A stretch of DNA of 64,000 nt from Lama guanicoe (lineage: Eukaryota): assembly GCA_013239625.1 (NCBI GenBank), contig MU053881.1, positions 1,364,001 to 1,428,000 on the forward strand, in the 5' to 3' direction. Position numbers and translations under genes: made by a program. Positions 34,300 through 45,804 of the stretch are shown here, piece after piece. The first letter of the stretch is position 1; each line of letters opens with the position of its first letter. The notes beneath the pieces are model-generated. The model saw nothing but the letters and a program-made list of their open reading frames with translations, ran no database searches and was not told the DNA's origin.

Positions 34300-35450
34300 G
34301 ACGGCCTGAGTCTCTGGGTGCTTCTCAGGCCTCCTGGGATCGCAGCTGGAACTCGGGCTGGGGAGTCGCAGAGTCGCCAGCGGGAGTCGGAGCAGCCCGG
34401 CGCCCGGGGCAGGTGAGGGCGGCGGCGCGCGCCGGGGGCTCCGCGGGGCCCGCTCCCCTCCCGCCCCCGCCCCCTCGCGGCTCGGGGCCGGCCGGGCCGC
34501 TCCTCCCCTGGGTGGGTCCCGGCTCCTTTTCTGGCAGGCTCTATTTGCATAGAGGAAACTGCCCAAAGTGGCCGCTGTGCGGAGGCGCTGGCGGCGGGGA
34601 AGGGGGCGTGCGCCGCGGTCCGCTGCTCCCCGGAGGCCCAGCCCCGCGCCCGGCCGGCTTCGTGCCCGCGGCTCCCCCGCCTGCCCACCGCGCGCTCCGC
34701 CCGGCACCCCGGCTCTGCGCAGCGCCCCCTCCGAGGGCCCACGCGCCACCAGCGCGCCATGAGTCCCGGCCAGTTCGCGGGCGGCGACGCGCCGAAGGGC
34801 GGCCTGGCGGGCAGCGGCGGCGGCGACGCGGGGCGCCCGGCGACGGCAGCGGGGGCCTGGGCGCTGGGCGCGCTGTGCCTGCTGCTCTCCGCGGGCTCGG
34901 CGGCCGCCTGCCTGCTGCTGGGCGTCCAGGCGGCCGCGCTGCAGGGCCGGGTGGCGGCGCTGGAGGAGGAGCGGGCGCTGCTGCGGCGCGCGGGCTCGCC
35001 GGACGCCCTGGCCGCCTGGGCCGAACCGCACCTGGAGCGCCTGCTGCGCGAGGTGAGGCGCGGCGCGCGGGGAAGGGGACGGGCGTGCCCCCCGAGCTGT
35101 GTCGCCGAGGAGGGGTGGCCCGCCGGTCCTCGCAGGCCGCCGGCGCGCGGGGGGCGGAGGCGGGGGTGCGGGTCCCCGAGGGCGTCCTGCTGTCCCCGCT
35201 CCAGCCTCGGGGTCGCGTTCCCAGGCCGGTGGCTGCGGAAACAGCGAGCTAGAAGGGCCTTTGGGGGACGGAGGAGGAAAGACTGCGGACTTTGAAATAA
35301 CAGATCTGGAGGCGAGTCTCCCCGGGTGTGCGCGCCGGGACCCGCTGCTTCCCGCTTGCGTTAAGCGCCTGGCTCCTTATCTGTGCCGGGATAATGAGAA
35401 AGCTTTCGCGGGAAGTGTCTTGTGACTCTTGTCTCCGGTGGCACCTACTG
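34300..35450 (+). promoter_or_regulatory. COL23A1: CpG island / promoter of COL23A1
   Basis: Very GC/CpG-rich. GC boxes at ~34460-34472. Octamer ATTTGCAT 34543-34550 next to AGAGGAAA. Confidence 0.85.
34759..35052 (+). CDS. COL23A1: Collagen XXIII alpha 1, coding exon 1 (98 codons: cytoplasmic tail, type II TM helix, coiled coil)
   Basis: MSPGQFAGG...ALCLLLSAGSAAACLLLGVQAAALQGRVAALEEERALLRRAG...WAEPHLERLLRE; Kozak-like gcgccATG; donor GAG|gtgagg. Confidence 0.95.
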
Positions 35451-36794
35451 TTCCCAACGCTGATACACCTGGAGAGACGTGGGGCCCTCAGCAGGCGGCG
35501 GCCACAGTGGAGGGAAACCTCAGTCAGACCCGAGGGCTGGGGCCCTGGGAGGGACATGGTCAGCCCAGCCTGCCGCGTCCACGTCCCGCCCGAAAGTGTT
35601 TCAGAGCAGCTCCATCTGGGAGATGTAGTGCTTGTTTGGTGCTGCTTCGGCTCAGTGCGCATCCAGTGCAGCCAGACCAGAGAGGGTGCCCCCATCCGCT
35701 TGGTAGGGTGAGGGGAAGGAAAAGCAGTCGGGGCCAGAAAACCCAGATTCTGGTTTCAGTCGATTCCACCTGGGCAGTGTGGACACAGGCAATCCTGAGT
35801 TTCCTTGCGTTTGTCGGAAGCATCATAGGAGACTTTGTGACACTTAAGATTGCTGCTGTGTGTCTTCAAAGCAGAAGCCTCGTTTGGGACTTCAGAGCCC
35901 TCGCCCATCATGTTTGTTAAAACCCCCATGTTCTGTGCAGCAGTGCACCTCGGCATAGACCTGGTGCTGGTGCTGGCGGGCTGGCCAGTGCGCCCCTGCC
36001 TGTGCTGGTCTCCCTTGCCTGAGCCGTCCTCTTCTTCCTGGGAAAGGCGGCTTCCCAAGCTCCCAGGTGTACTCCCAAAGGGGCATCCTCGACTATAGTA
36101 TGAAAAGCACCCCAGTGTTGCAAGGTGGGGGGGGCAGGCTTGCTGCTACCAGTTCCCCTGAATTGTGCCCAGCTGTGATCTCTACTAACGCGCTGAGCTA
36201 TGTAGCCATTGTTGAGTTAACTTGGATTCTTTAGAGGAATGGGAGAAGACTGCACCACCCCTCCTTGGTCATCATATCTATTTCTTAGTCTCTTTCATTT
36301 AAGCCTGCATTATATCTACAGCTTGGTTTTGGGCAAAACTGCTGCCTCATGAAATGATTTCCTATGTTCCTCTTGTAAGTGCCTGCAGACTTCAGAAATC
36401 TCTCTGGAGCCCTGCTGGCAACTCTTGGTGATGATTTCATAATTGCAGCCCATTATCTTTCAGCAAATCCTTAGAGACTAGGGTGTTAAATTGATTTACG
36501 GAGGGCCAGTGACATTTCTACCTGTCGATGCTGTAACTGTGGCTGTTCTTTCAAATAGGAGGCCCCTCTTACTTAGTACAAATAAACTGCAAGCTTTGAC
36601 TGCGTAAGTCAGAAATCCTGGTGAAACTTTTTACAAGGGACTTGCAAATCGTGTCCTGGATTCTAATGGGGAGGTGGGGGCACTGTACTGGGAACGCAGT
36701 CACAGCTGAGAAGTGTGGACTCTCAAGTCCTGAACTGTGCAGATTACAGGAGAGACTGCAGGGGCTTCATCCTGCTTCCGAGGAGTTATTGCAG

Positions 36795-36862
36795 AGTCTC
36801 TCTCTCGCTCCATCTCTCTCTCTCTCTCTCCCTCTCTCTCTGTCTCTGTCTCTCCCTCCCTC
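36795..36862. repeat. (CT)n-rich microsatellite
   Basis: Imperfect tctctc run. Confidence 0.85.
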
Positions 36863-38760
36863 CCTGCATATGCACCCCCCCCCCACTTTCTCTCTTTATT
36901 AGAAAGGCAAAGGGAAAATTTCAAATCCTGGGATTTCCACTTGAAATCCTCTATACCGTTCAGCAGGCTGCCGTTAGCACAGGACGCATCTCAGCGCGTC
37001 GTGCTGCTGGCTAACCACGCTCGGCGTAGAGGGCCCTGTGCTTGGAGCACCTGAGATGCCACACCCTGAGTGTGGCTGGCCTCGAGCTTCTGGCTGTTTG
37101 GGTGTCCCCCGTGAGAGGCATCTCTTTCCCAGGGCACCAGTCGGCTCCTGCTCCTAGCCATTCGCCTTGCAGATGTCGCGGGATGGGAGGTGTACACAGC
37201 CTGGCCGGTGGCCCTGAGAGTCCCTGGCTGAGCTGAGCGGGCTGTGGGAGGCACGTCGGGGAGCTGGTAATTGGCTTTAAATAAATGTGAAGATAGTGTT
37301 TAAAAATGGTTCAATATAAAGGACAAAGCGACAACGAACTGAAAATCTCTTAGAGAAGAACATTTGTGCTTGAACGCGCTTCCCAGTCCTTGCTTGTTCT
37401 CCGCGAAGCGTCCTTTCCGCCCGCGCTGAAGTAGTTGCGTTTGTGGGGGTGCCTGCAGCTTGTCCTTTTACCAACAAGCTTGTTTTCAGAGTTTCAGAGG
37501 CAGAAGCCATGTCCAAATTAAAGAGGAAAAATCCTTGCCAACCATACACAACTTTAATGTCAGAAAAATAAATAAATAAAAAACAAGCCGACAAAAGCCA
37601 CTGTTCATAGGGGACCCACTGTCTTTGTTCCCTTGGGAATAGAACCGTGAACCAACTCTTTTGGGACGGGCTGATGTGTCTGATAATGTCGATACAGAAG
37701 CTACAAAAAAGGAATAGTCATGATAACTCATGATCTTAAAGACCCTTCCCATGGCACAAAGGAAAAGAAATGGTTCTTCAGAACATAAAAGCAAGATTTC
37801 TGAGCAAGAGTCATTAATGATAGTATCTTCAGTACGACCCCAAAATATAAATGCAAAACAACCATCTGATACTAAACTTTTAAAGTGCTTTAAATAGCTT
37901 GTCTCAGTAATCGGCCCCCCCCCATTAGTTATACCTAGAGTTGCAGTGTTACAAAAGCTCAAATTTTAGAGTAAATAAAAAGCTACTACACTACAGTAAA
38001 AATTTTAATGCAGGGATTAAAGAAATATTTAGTTATATTCAGAGGAAACTATTTCCAGCTTACAATGGATTTATTGTTGGCTGTTGGTCTTCCATTGTCC
38101 AGACCAATTAGTTTGAAAACAATTTGAAAAACCCAGAGACTCAGGATAAAATTCAAGCCCTTTCCTTCCCTGGCACCAACTCTATGTATTGGTTAAGAGA
38201 CCTTAAAACCCAGAGTCAAATGTAGCTTTTTGGGCAGCTGGTCACTCACCAGGACGGCTCTATGGTGAATGCTTTAATAAAAAAACACCAGTGTTTGGTT
38301 CTTGTGGCACAACCTGAGGTGGAGCGTAATTCATAGCTACATTCATTTCCTTGACGTCTCCTGGCTCCCAAACCGAAAAAGTTTCTTACCAATTACTTCC
38401 TGGCACATTTACTTTATCTCTCCCCTCTTTTTTTTTTTTTTCTGGTCTTTTATTTTGGCCACAGTTTGGGAGAGCTTTATTAGAACAGCAGCATGTTTAG
38501 AACGAGAAGCCAACTGTCAGGCCGTTCCTTTCCCAAACATATTTTGGAATTGCTGAATCGGACTCTTACACATTGGCTTGGGAGATTTGCCGCATCGCTC
38601 CTGAAGTTGGGAATCTGTAGGTGGAATGAATCTGTAAGCGGAATGTAAGCAGAATGAATGCAACCAGCAGGCAGAGAGGGCTAGATGGTGCGTGGGGTTT
38701 CAGTCCCATTGTCTGCTAGTTTCATCATCTAACCTCCTCAGCTTCCCTAATATGATGATT

Positions 38761-38915
38761 GCAGAGCGGGAGGGTAGAGCTCAGTGGTAGAGCACGTGCT
38801 TAGCATGCACAAGGTCCTGGGTTCAATCCCCAGTACCGCCATTAAAATAAATAAATAAACCTAATTACCCCCTGCCACCGAAATAAAAAAACAAGGAAAA
38901 AAACTTTTAAAAAGA
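38761..38915 (+). mobile_element. Vic-1-like tRNA-derived SINE
   Basis: agctcagtggtagagcacgtgcttagcatgcacaaggtcctgggttcaatccccagtacc plus (taaa) tail. TSD cctaatatgatgat (38746-38759) / cctaatatgacgat (38916-38929). Confidence 0.9.
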
Positions 38916-39059
38916 CCTAATATGACGATCATAGCTACCTGCATAGTGACGAGCAAATAAGACAATGGAGAGCAAAGTGTTGGTCAGTAAGTGGGCTCTT
39001 GATGGCGACTAACAGAATCCCCGACTGTGGTCCCTGAAACGACAGTCATGGAATGACCT

Positions 39060-39495
39060 TGCATAGCCAGAGCAGCCCGGAAGTCTGCCTGCAGGTCCTG
39101 GGTTAGTTCCCTGACTTGGCCACGACTGGGTGCCCCGTCACTGTCTGCCTTTCTCTTGGCCTTTCCTCACGGTCACGAGATGTCTGCTGCAGCTCCAAGC
39201 ATGTGTCTTCACACAAGAGTAGCCAAGGCAGAAGGGAAGAGGCCAGGAAAAAGCCATCTTCTGGAGAGGCTTTCTCTTTCATTTGAGTCAGGGGACTTTC
39301 CTTAGAGCCACCAGCCAGAACCAGAGCCCATGATCACCGTCATCCTGTCCCTAAAAGGGTGATGGGGCTGCCACAGGGGGCTTTGGCCAAGCTCGGTTCA
39401 TCCCTTGAGTCTGGGCACGTTGCCAGGGGAACAGAATTGCAGCTTTGTGAGGAAGGGAGCCTGGGAATGGCTGTTGGGGAGCAACCAACAGTGTC
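39060..39495 (-). mobile_element. Old MaLR LTR (MLT1J/K/L-like)
   Basis: ctcacggtcacgagatgtctgctgcagctccaagcat... and ggctgttggggagcaaccaacagtgtc end. Confidence 0.5.
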
Positions 39496-40039
39496 AGGCG
39501 GATGCCCTAGAATGTTACCCTAGAGAAGGATGGGGTTGGGGGGGGAGGGGACAGTCATCCATTGTCCTGCCACAGCTTTCATAACCATGCCCCTTTTACT
39601 GCTCCGTGCTTTGAGAAACTCTTCAGCCACAAAATTTGTTTCCTTCAGGGTCCTGCTCTCCAGCTCCCCCTCCAGCCATGGTCAAGGTTGGTGCATTTGG
39701 GGTTCTCTCTAGCTCCATCCCATACTTGCACATCACCCTGCAGTGAGTGGAGAGGCTGCTCGTGCTTGAGGACCAAGGAGCTCAGTACCCCCGAAACCAC
39801 GTGCCCAGGCAGCCTGCTCCCCCTCCCCGTGCAGCCCCTGGCCATAGGCCTCCTGGACTTTTCCAACAGCCATGTCTCCCTGTGGCCTCCAGATCCCCTT
39901 CCAGAGTGTGCAGTTAGAATCATGGTCCCCAGAGCATGGTGTCTCTTTTACCCTCATTGAGCGTCATCTCATTAGAATCCACCTTTCTAGATGCCTTTGG
40001 ATCCTTGTGCCTTCAAAGAGCAATGTGACAGGAGCAATG

Positions 40040-40116
40040 TGGAGGTACTGGGGATTGAACCCAGGACTTCCTGCATGCTGAGCACGTGCTCTACCACTGA
40101 GCTGTACCCTCCCCCA
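40040..40116 (-). mobile_element. Vic-1-like SINE, tRNA-related head only (no tail)
   Basis: tggaggtactggggattgaacccagg...tgctctaccactgagctgtaccctcccc. Confidence 0.85.
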
Positions 40117-41287
40117 GCCTGGCTAAATTTAAAAGGGCATTTATTGGCTTGAGTCACTGAGACGTCCAGGGAAATGTCTGCTCAGGCATAGCGAGAAGTG
40201 CCTTGATTTTGTGTCTCTTTGTATTGGCTCCATATTTCTCAAGGATGCCCTCCCTCTTCCCGTGAAGTGGCCGGGCAGCTGCCAGCAGCTCCAGGCTCAT
40301 GTCCTCAGCTTTAGAGTTTCTCTGTCCCCGTAGTTCCCCCAGTTCACTCCAAAGATCAGTATGGATTAGCTGCACTGGTCACTAAGACAAGCCGGGCAGC
40401 CTCTCTGATCTACTAGGTTCGGGGTGTGTGTATGCACCTGTGCACACCTGTGTGTCCCCCACTGGAGTGAAAGGACCAGGAGTGGAGGGTGCTTCCCAAA
40501 GGACAACTGTTACTAGAAGAAGTGGGGGAAGACACGGGGCTGGTAAAACCCAGTAGATGACCATCCAAGGAATAAAAAGAGAGGCTTGGGCGACAAGCTG
40601 GAGCCACATCCTGGAGAAATTCCTCCGCAGTGGCTTCAAATCCAGCTAAAGGATTTTTGTTCTAATGGGGTGGGCAGTAGAGTTGGTGGGTATTGTTCTG
40701 TAGGTGTTTATGTATCTTGATAAATTCGGGTTTATCTCTGGTAATATCAAAACCCGTAACTGTCTCTGAATATAATGCACATACAAAATGTGAGCTTAAC
40801 ACGTTACAGGGCCACTTAAAATCTTAAAACTTCCCCGAAACGACTGCATGAGTTGTGGAACACAGAGGTTATTGTCCTTGTTTTACAAGGGAGAAATGTC
40901 ACCGAGATGGAGGCGGTGACCTGCTGTGGGCGCCCCTCGGGCTAGCGGGAGGCCCTGGAAGGAGGAGTGACAAGGGGGGCGTGTCCTGTCCACCCTTTGT
41001 CTGCGTTTCTCGTCCAGCCCAGGGCAGTGCTTCCTCGGCCCCCTATCATCCGTTTACCAGGGAGGGTTCTCCCCAGAGGAGTGTTCTCGTGAGGAAGGAG
41101 GCGCCCCCTCCTCCAGCCTGGTTGAGGGGCCTGTCGGGGTGCCTTAAGTCCCACTGACCTGAAGCAGTGATGCGCGTGTGCTAGGAGGTGGCCGTGGCCT
41201 TGCCTGGAGCCGTGCGTCCCAGTGGCCTTGAGAGGCCTGAGTTTGAAGAGGAAACGCTCTGGACAAGGATTCAGAAAGGCACCGACT

Positions 41288-41465
41288 TTATTTTTTTTTA
41301 ATTTAATTTATTTTTTTCAATTGAAGTATCGTTGCTGCGCCATATTATGTAAGTTACAAGTGTCCAATGCAGCGATTCACAGTTTTAAAGGTTGCGCTCT
41401 ATTTATAGTTATTACCAAGTGTTGGCTCTGTTCCCTGTGCTGGCGATACATCCTTGTAGCTTACT
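41288..41465 (-). mobile_element. Short L1 3' end
   Basis: T-tract followed by ttgaagtat...catattatgtaagttacaagtgt...gattcacagttttaaagg. Confidence 0.65.
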
Positions 41466-41533
41466 GATACCCACTAGTGCGCACACACCCCTTGCTCCCC
41501 CGCCTCCGTGTTGCCTTTCCTCCACTGTCTGTG

Positions 41534-41855
41534 TCTGTTCAGGCTGCTGTCACACAACAGCGCGGACCTGGGGGCTTAAACAGCAGATGTTTACGTGTCA
41601 CAGTTTGGGAGGCTGGGAAGTCCAGGCAGATACGGTGCCCAGTGAGGACCACTTTCCGGTTCATGGCCGGCCACCGTCTCGCCGTGTCCTCTCATGGCAG
41701 GAGGGTGGGGGGCTCTCTGGGGCCTCTCTTACAAGGGCACTAATCCCATTCATGAGAGCCCCACCCACCTCCCAAAGCCTCTCCTAACACCATCCCACTG
41801 GGGGGTAGGTTCCCACACATGAATTGGGGGACAGGGGACACAAACATTTGGGCGG
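41534..41855 (-). mobile_element. MLT1A/B-like MaLR LTR
   Basis: ggggcttaaacagcagatgtt...ggaggctgggaagtcc...ggcactaatcccattcatgag...gggacacaaacatt. Confidence 0.75.
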
Positions 41856-43564
41856 CTGCCACCCCTTGAACCCCACTTCTCTACAGCAAGGTGGAGCCCA
41901 GCCTGTGGGGCGGGGCCGAGATGATTCGGGGAGAAGGGAGGGCTGGACGGGAGGGCTTGTGCAGCTGAGGCTGAGCTCTGAGCACAGACCCCGCTGTCCC
42001 TCAGTTTCAGGGCCCCGCAGGGCTTTGGCACTGTCCTGCACCTTCAGAGAGCCCTCTCTTTTACCACAGGTCTCTACATATGTCCCCCTTTCCCTGCAAT
42101 AATGCTGACCCCCGCCCCCCACGAGGCATTGATAGGCGTTGGTGGGAGACAGAGTTCTTTCAAACCTCTTCTTCAGCTCCGGCTGCTGCTGGGCAGTGGC
42201 CACCTCCTTCCTCCGGGACATCAGGCCCAGTGCTGGCATATAGCACCCCTGCTCGGCAACCCTTCCCCTTCCAGCTCTTCTAAAATGTAAATAACCAAGA
42301 TGGATGTTGATTTAACGTGATTAATGGTATTGATAGTCCCACCGCCCTGAGGCCAAGTCTGTTGAACTTTTTGCAGGATCCCTTCCAGTCCTTGTATGGA
42401 CGGGCAGATTTATGTGCAGCTCATCGTCACCGCAGAGTGCACACCATTTATGTCTTGCTTCGATGTATTTCAGCCTTATATCAAAAACATTTTCCCAGCT
42501 GCTCCAGGGTCCTGTTTCATGACCACTTAGGATTCCATCAGTGGAATCTGCATCCTTCCATCAACACGCATCTAGACCTCCTCCCATCATCGTTGGCACA
42601 GTACAGCCGGTGGTTTTGTGGGGGAAGTGTCTCACTTCTATTTTTTTTAGGATGGAGAGTAACTGTCTAAAGAGGATCGTTTTTAGGGCTTTGTTTTTTG
42701 TCTTGATTTTAGAACATCCAACTTTGTCCATGACATACATGTTTACCCTCCTGCGGAATTCCAAAACTCTTGCACCATTGTGAAATCACGCCTCAAGTTT
42801 TATGATGGGCAGAGTGGATTCAGTCTGTCTTCTGGTTGAACTTTTATTTTAGTTGGATTTGTTATTGTTGAAAGCAAAAGCAAAAGCAAACGATCATCAA
42901 CCCTTAAAATAAGATTTGGCAGAACTCTGAAGATTTCATCTCAGAATTAGGCTCATTCGTTGGTTTGGTGCAGAACCAGAGCTTAGTGGTCGCCAGGCAT
43001 GGCTCTCGGTCGGCAGTGCAACTTCTAACTCTGTGAACAAATGTAACTTGGTGTCGTAAAGTTCTCCGGAGGCTGCACACAACCTCTGGCTCCTTCCCCG
43101 ATCGATTTCCTCCATGTGTAAGATCAGGATGAATCTGCATTGTTGACGCAGGCACTTAGAAAACATCCCTCCATCATGTCCGGAAACATACTTCAGCACT
43201 AAGCACGAGCCAGGGGGAGAAAAAGCAAGTTTGCAGCTGTAGTTTTAAAGAAAGCCATGTCAGTGTGCTCCTGGGGGCAACAGGGGAAGTGGCTGAGGGC
43301 CTCCGGGTGCCTGCCCCGGACAGAAGGTTGACACGTCCATCCTCGTGGTGTTGCTTAGCAAACCCCCAGCCCAGGCTTCGCCCTCCCAGAAGGGGCAGCG
43401 ACCAGCCCAGGTGACCTGACGCCTAGCTCGGAGCCCTCTCGGTAGCCTCACGGCAGCCCCCCAGAAATGGTACTTTAGCTTGGAGCAGCGGCAGCTTTTC
43501 CTGCCCTTGTAGACATCCTCATCCTCCCCAGGCGGCCGATGTGCAAGGTACTGGGGGAAACTGT

Positions 43565-43689
43565 AGCTTTGAGCAGCCCTGGGTTCACATCCCAGCTCTG
43601 CCATTCCTAGTTGTGTGGCTTCCAAACCTCAGTTTGCCCATCTGTATATTTTTTTGGTTTTTGGGTTTTTTTGCCTTCCAATGTCTATT

Positions 43690-43744
<55 letters not shown>

Positions 43745-43975
43745 TGGGGGGTGCAGTTAGGCTTGCTAATTAATTAATTAATCAACTAATTATTTTTAGT
43801 GGCTGTACTGGGGATTGAACCCAGGACCTTGTGCATACTAAGCATGCGCTGCAGCACTGAGCTACACCCTCCCCAGCTCGTCTGTTAAACAGGGATGACA
43901 GTACTTGCCTCAGAGTTTCTGTGGGGACGAGACAAGCTGATGTGTCTGCAGAGCCCAGTGCATCACACGCATCCT
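43565..43975 (+). mobile_element. MIR remnant split by a SINE insertion
   Basis: ctgggttcacatcccagctctgcca...aacctcagtttgcccatctgta, resuming as tctgttaaacagggatgacagtacttgcctcagag after 43876. Confidence 0.65.
43686..43875 (-). mobile_element. Vic-1-like SINE with (TTTA)n tail
   Basis: gtactggggattgaacccaggaccttgtgcatactaagcatgcgc...ctgagctacaccctcccc; (TTTA)n at ~43688-43745. Confidence 0.87.
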
Positions 43976-44823
43976 GCAAATGGCAGCTCTCGTTGGAACG
44001 CTCTCTTGGAATCTGGAAGGAGTGTCTCTGTTTGCTAATTGGAGAGGTGGTCCCGTGGTTACAGGGACGGCCTTAAGATCCTGTTACCACTGGGATTCTG
44101 CCACCCTGTGAAGGCCGTAGAGAAGTGAAAAAGGTACCTGAGTCTCTGAGTCAATGATGGAGAAATGTGACTTTGTTGTTGAAGAAAAGCAAAGACTGAA
44201 TTAGCTTCACAGCCCCATTTTTTCAGTCTCTCAGTTGAGCAGAATGAGATTTTTCCATTTAAATAAAAAAATTTCATGGTTATGACCAAAATAAAAGTGT
44301 AAGTATCCCCCAGATTATTAAGTGGCCTTTTCCATTGTGAAAGGGCACCCGACACCTAATAAACTGAATTAATAAGCCTGTTTCTGTGATTACGCAACAT
44401 GGCACAAACGGCCTCAACGCTCGTGACTACACTGGTGAGCTGGAGGCCCCGCGCACATCTGCTTCGACTCACAGTAGTAAATGAGAAAACCTTTATTTTC
44501 CTGATGTAGCCACAAAATCTGGGAGCGGGGGGAAGTGCCTTCAAATGGGTAATGTGAACTTCTGAAACGGAATTTGCTTCCAACTCTACGTTGTGAAACA
44601 AATCATAACGCAATGAGAATGTATTCTGGTGTTTTCAAGAAGACAACGGAAATAAAACGTACTTAACTTTGGGTCTCCAAGGAGGATCGTCCCACACAAA
44701 CCAGGGTCTGTCCGTTTATTTAGCTGTGATTTTTTGTGTGACATGTGGGCGATTATCACCTATAGCATCCCGTCTTCAGACCCATCTGTGGTGCAGATGA
44801 AGGACAAGTTTACAGGGCAGTGG

Positions 44824-44826
<3 letters not shown>

Positions 44827-44878
<52 letters not shown>
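44827..44878. repeat. (GT)26 microsatellite followed by a degenerate TG-rich tract to ~45090
   Basis: Perfect GT run. Confidence 0.95.
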
Positions 44879-44881
<3 letters not shown>

Positions 44882-45804
44882 AGGGTGAGCCCCTGGGAGG
44901 GGTGGGAGGGCATAAGCGTATGTGTGCTAGTGGGTGTGTGTGCATATGAGAGCGGGTGTACACACATATGCGCACGTGGCCCTTGTGTGTGTGTATATGT
45001 GTGAGTGCACGTAGGTGTCTGAGTGTGTATATGAATGTGTGTGCATGTGCGTGGCAGGCAGTGAGCGTGTGCGTGCAGATGCACACGCAGGAGCTGGGAG
45101 GGAAGCAGGAAGGGTGAGACCAGCCTGACCTCGTCACCTCCCCACCCAAGCTGTCCCACCTGGAAGCCGCTCAGGCCGCGGGGCCCCAGAGCTGAGCGCC
45201 CTGGGTTTGAGTCTGGAGTTGCCTCTAAAGTGGCCACAGTGTCCCGGGACAAATCAGTTGACTTTTCCAAGTCTCACTTTCCTCCTCTGGAAAAAGGGTG
45301 ATGGTCTGTGCTTGACCGCGGTTTCTGCGAGGATGGAGGGAGGCGCCCTTCCCAGGACAGCCTGGGCAGTGAGGGAGGCTAGGTCCCCTCCTCCTTACCC
45401 CCCGCCCCTGCCACCGGCCATCCTCGCCGCGGAGCTGCAGGACTGCTAACCCCCGTGCCTGGGCCGTCCCAGGGCCTGCTGCTGCCCTGTCCGGCTCCTG
45501 TCGTGATCCTCACATCTTCGGCTTGGATTGGGTGAGCCGAGCTGGGTGAGGGTCCTGCGGGTGACCTTCACCCGGGAGCCCGTGCCCCAGGCCGGTGTGG
45601 CCAGCGTGCATTCTTCTCGCTCATCTTCCTAAATATTCTCACTGGTGTCTCCCTCCCCTCACCCCACCCTCCACCTCCCAAGGTAAGAACTTCAGGACCT
45701 TTCAGCCTCCTCCCTGCCTCTTCTCGCTTCTCGTCGCTTGTGGCTGGTGGGGAGTCTCGGGGAGGAACGTGGGGATGGGACGGGTGTCCCGGGGACCCCA
45801 TCCG

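Noticed and set aside
34231..35295. Long ORFs 34269..35252 (+, 327 aa) and 34231..35031 (-, 266 aa), and the extension of 34759..35295 past the donor
   Set aside because: GC-rich shadow frames. The true coding part ends at the GAG|gtgagg donor at 35052 and continues in phase at 57907.
37486..37962. 158-aa minus-strand ORF in apparently unique intron sequence
   Set aside because: Non-ATG start, no recognisable homology and no splice or retrocopy hallmarks.
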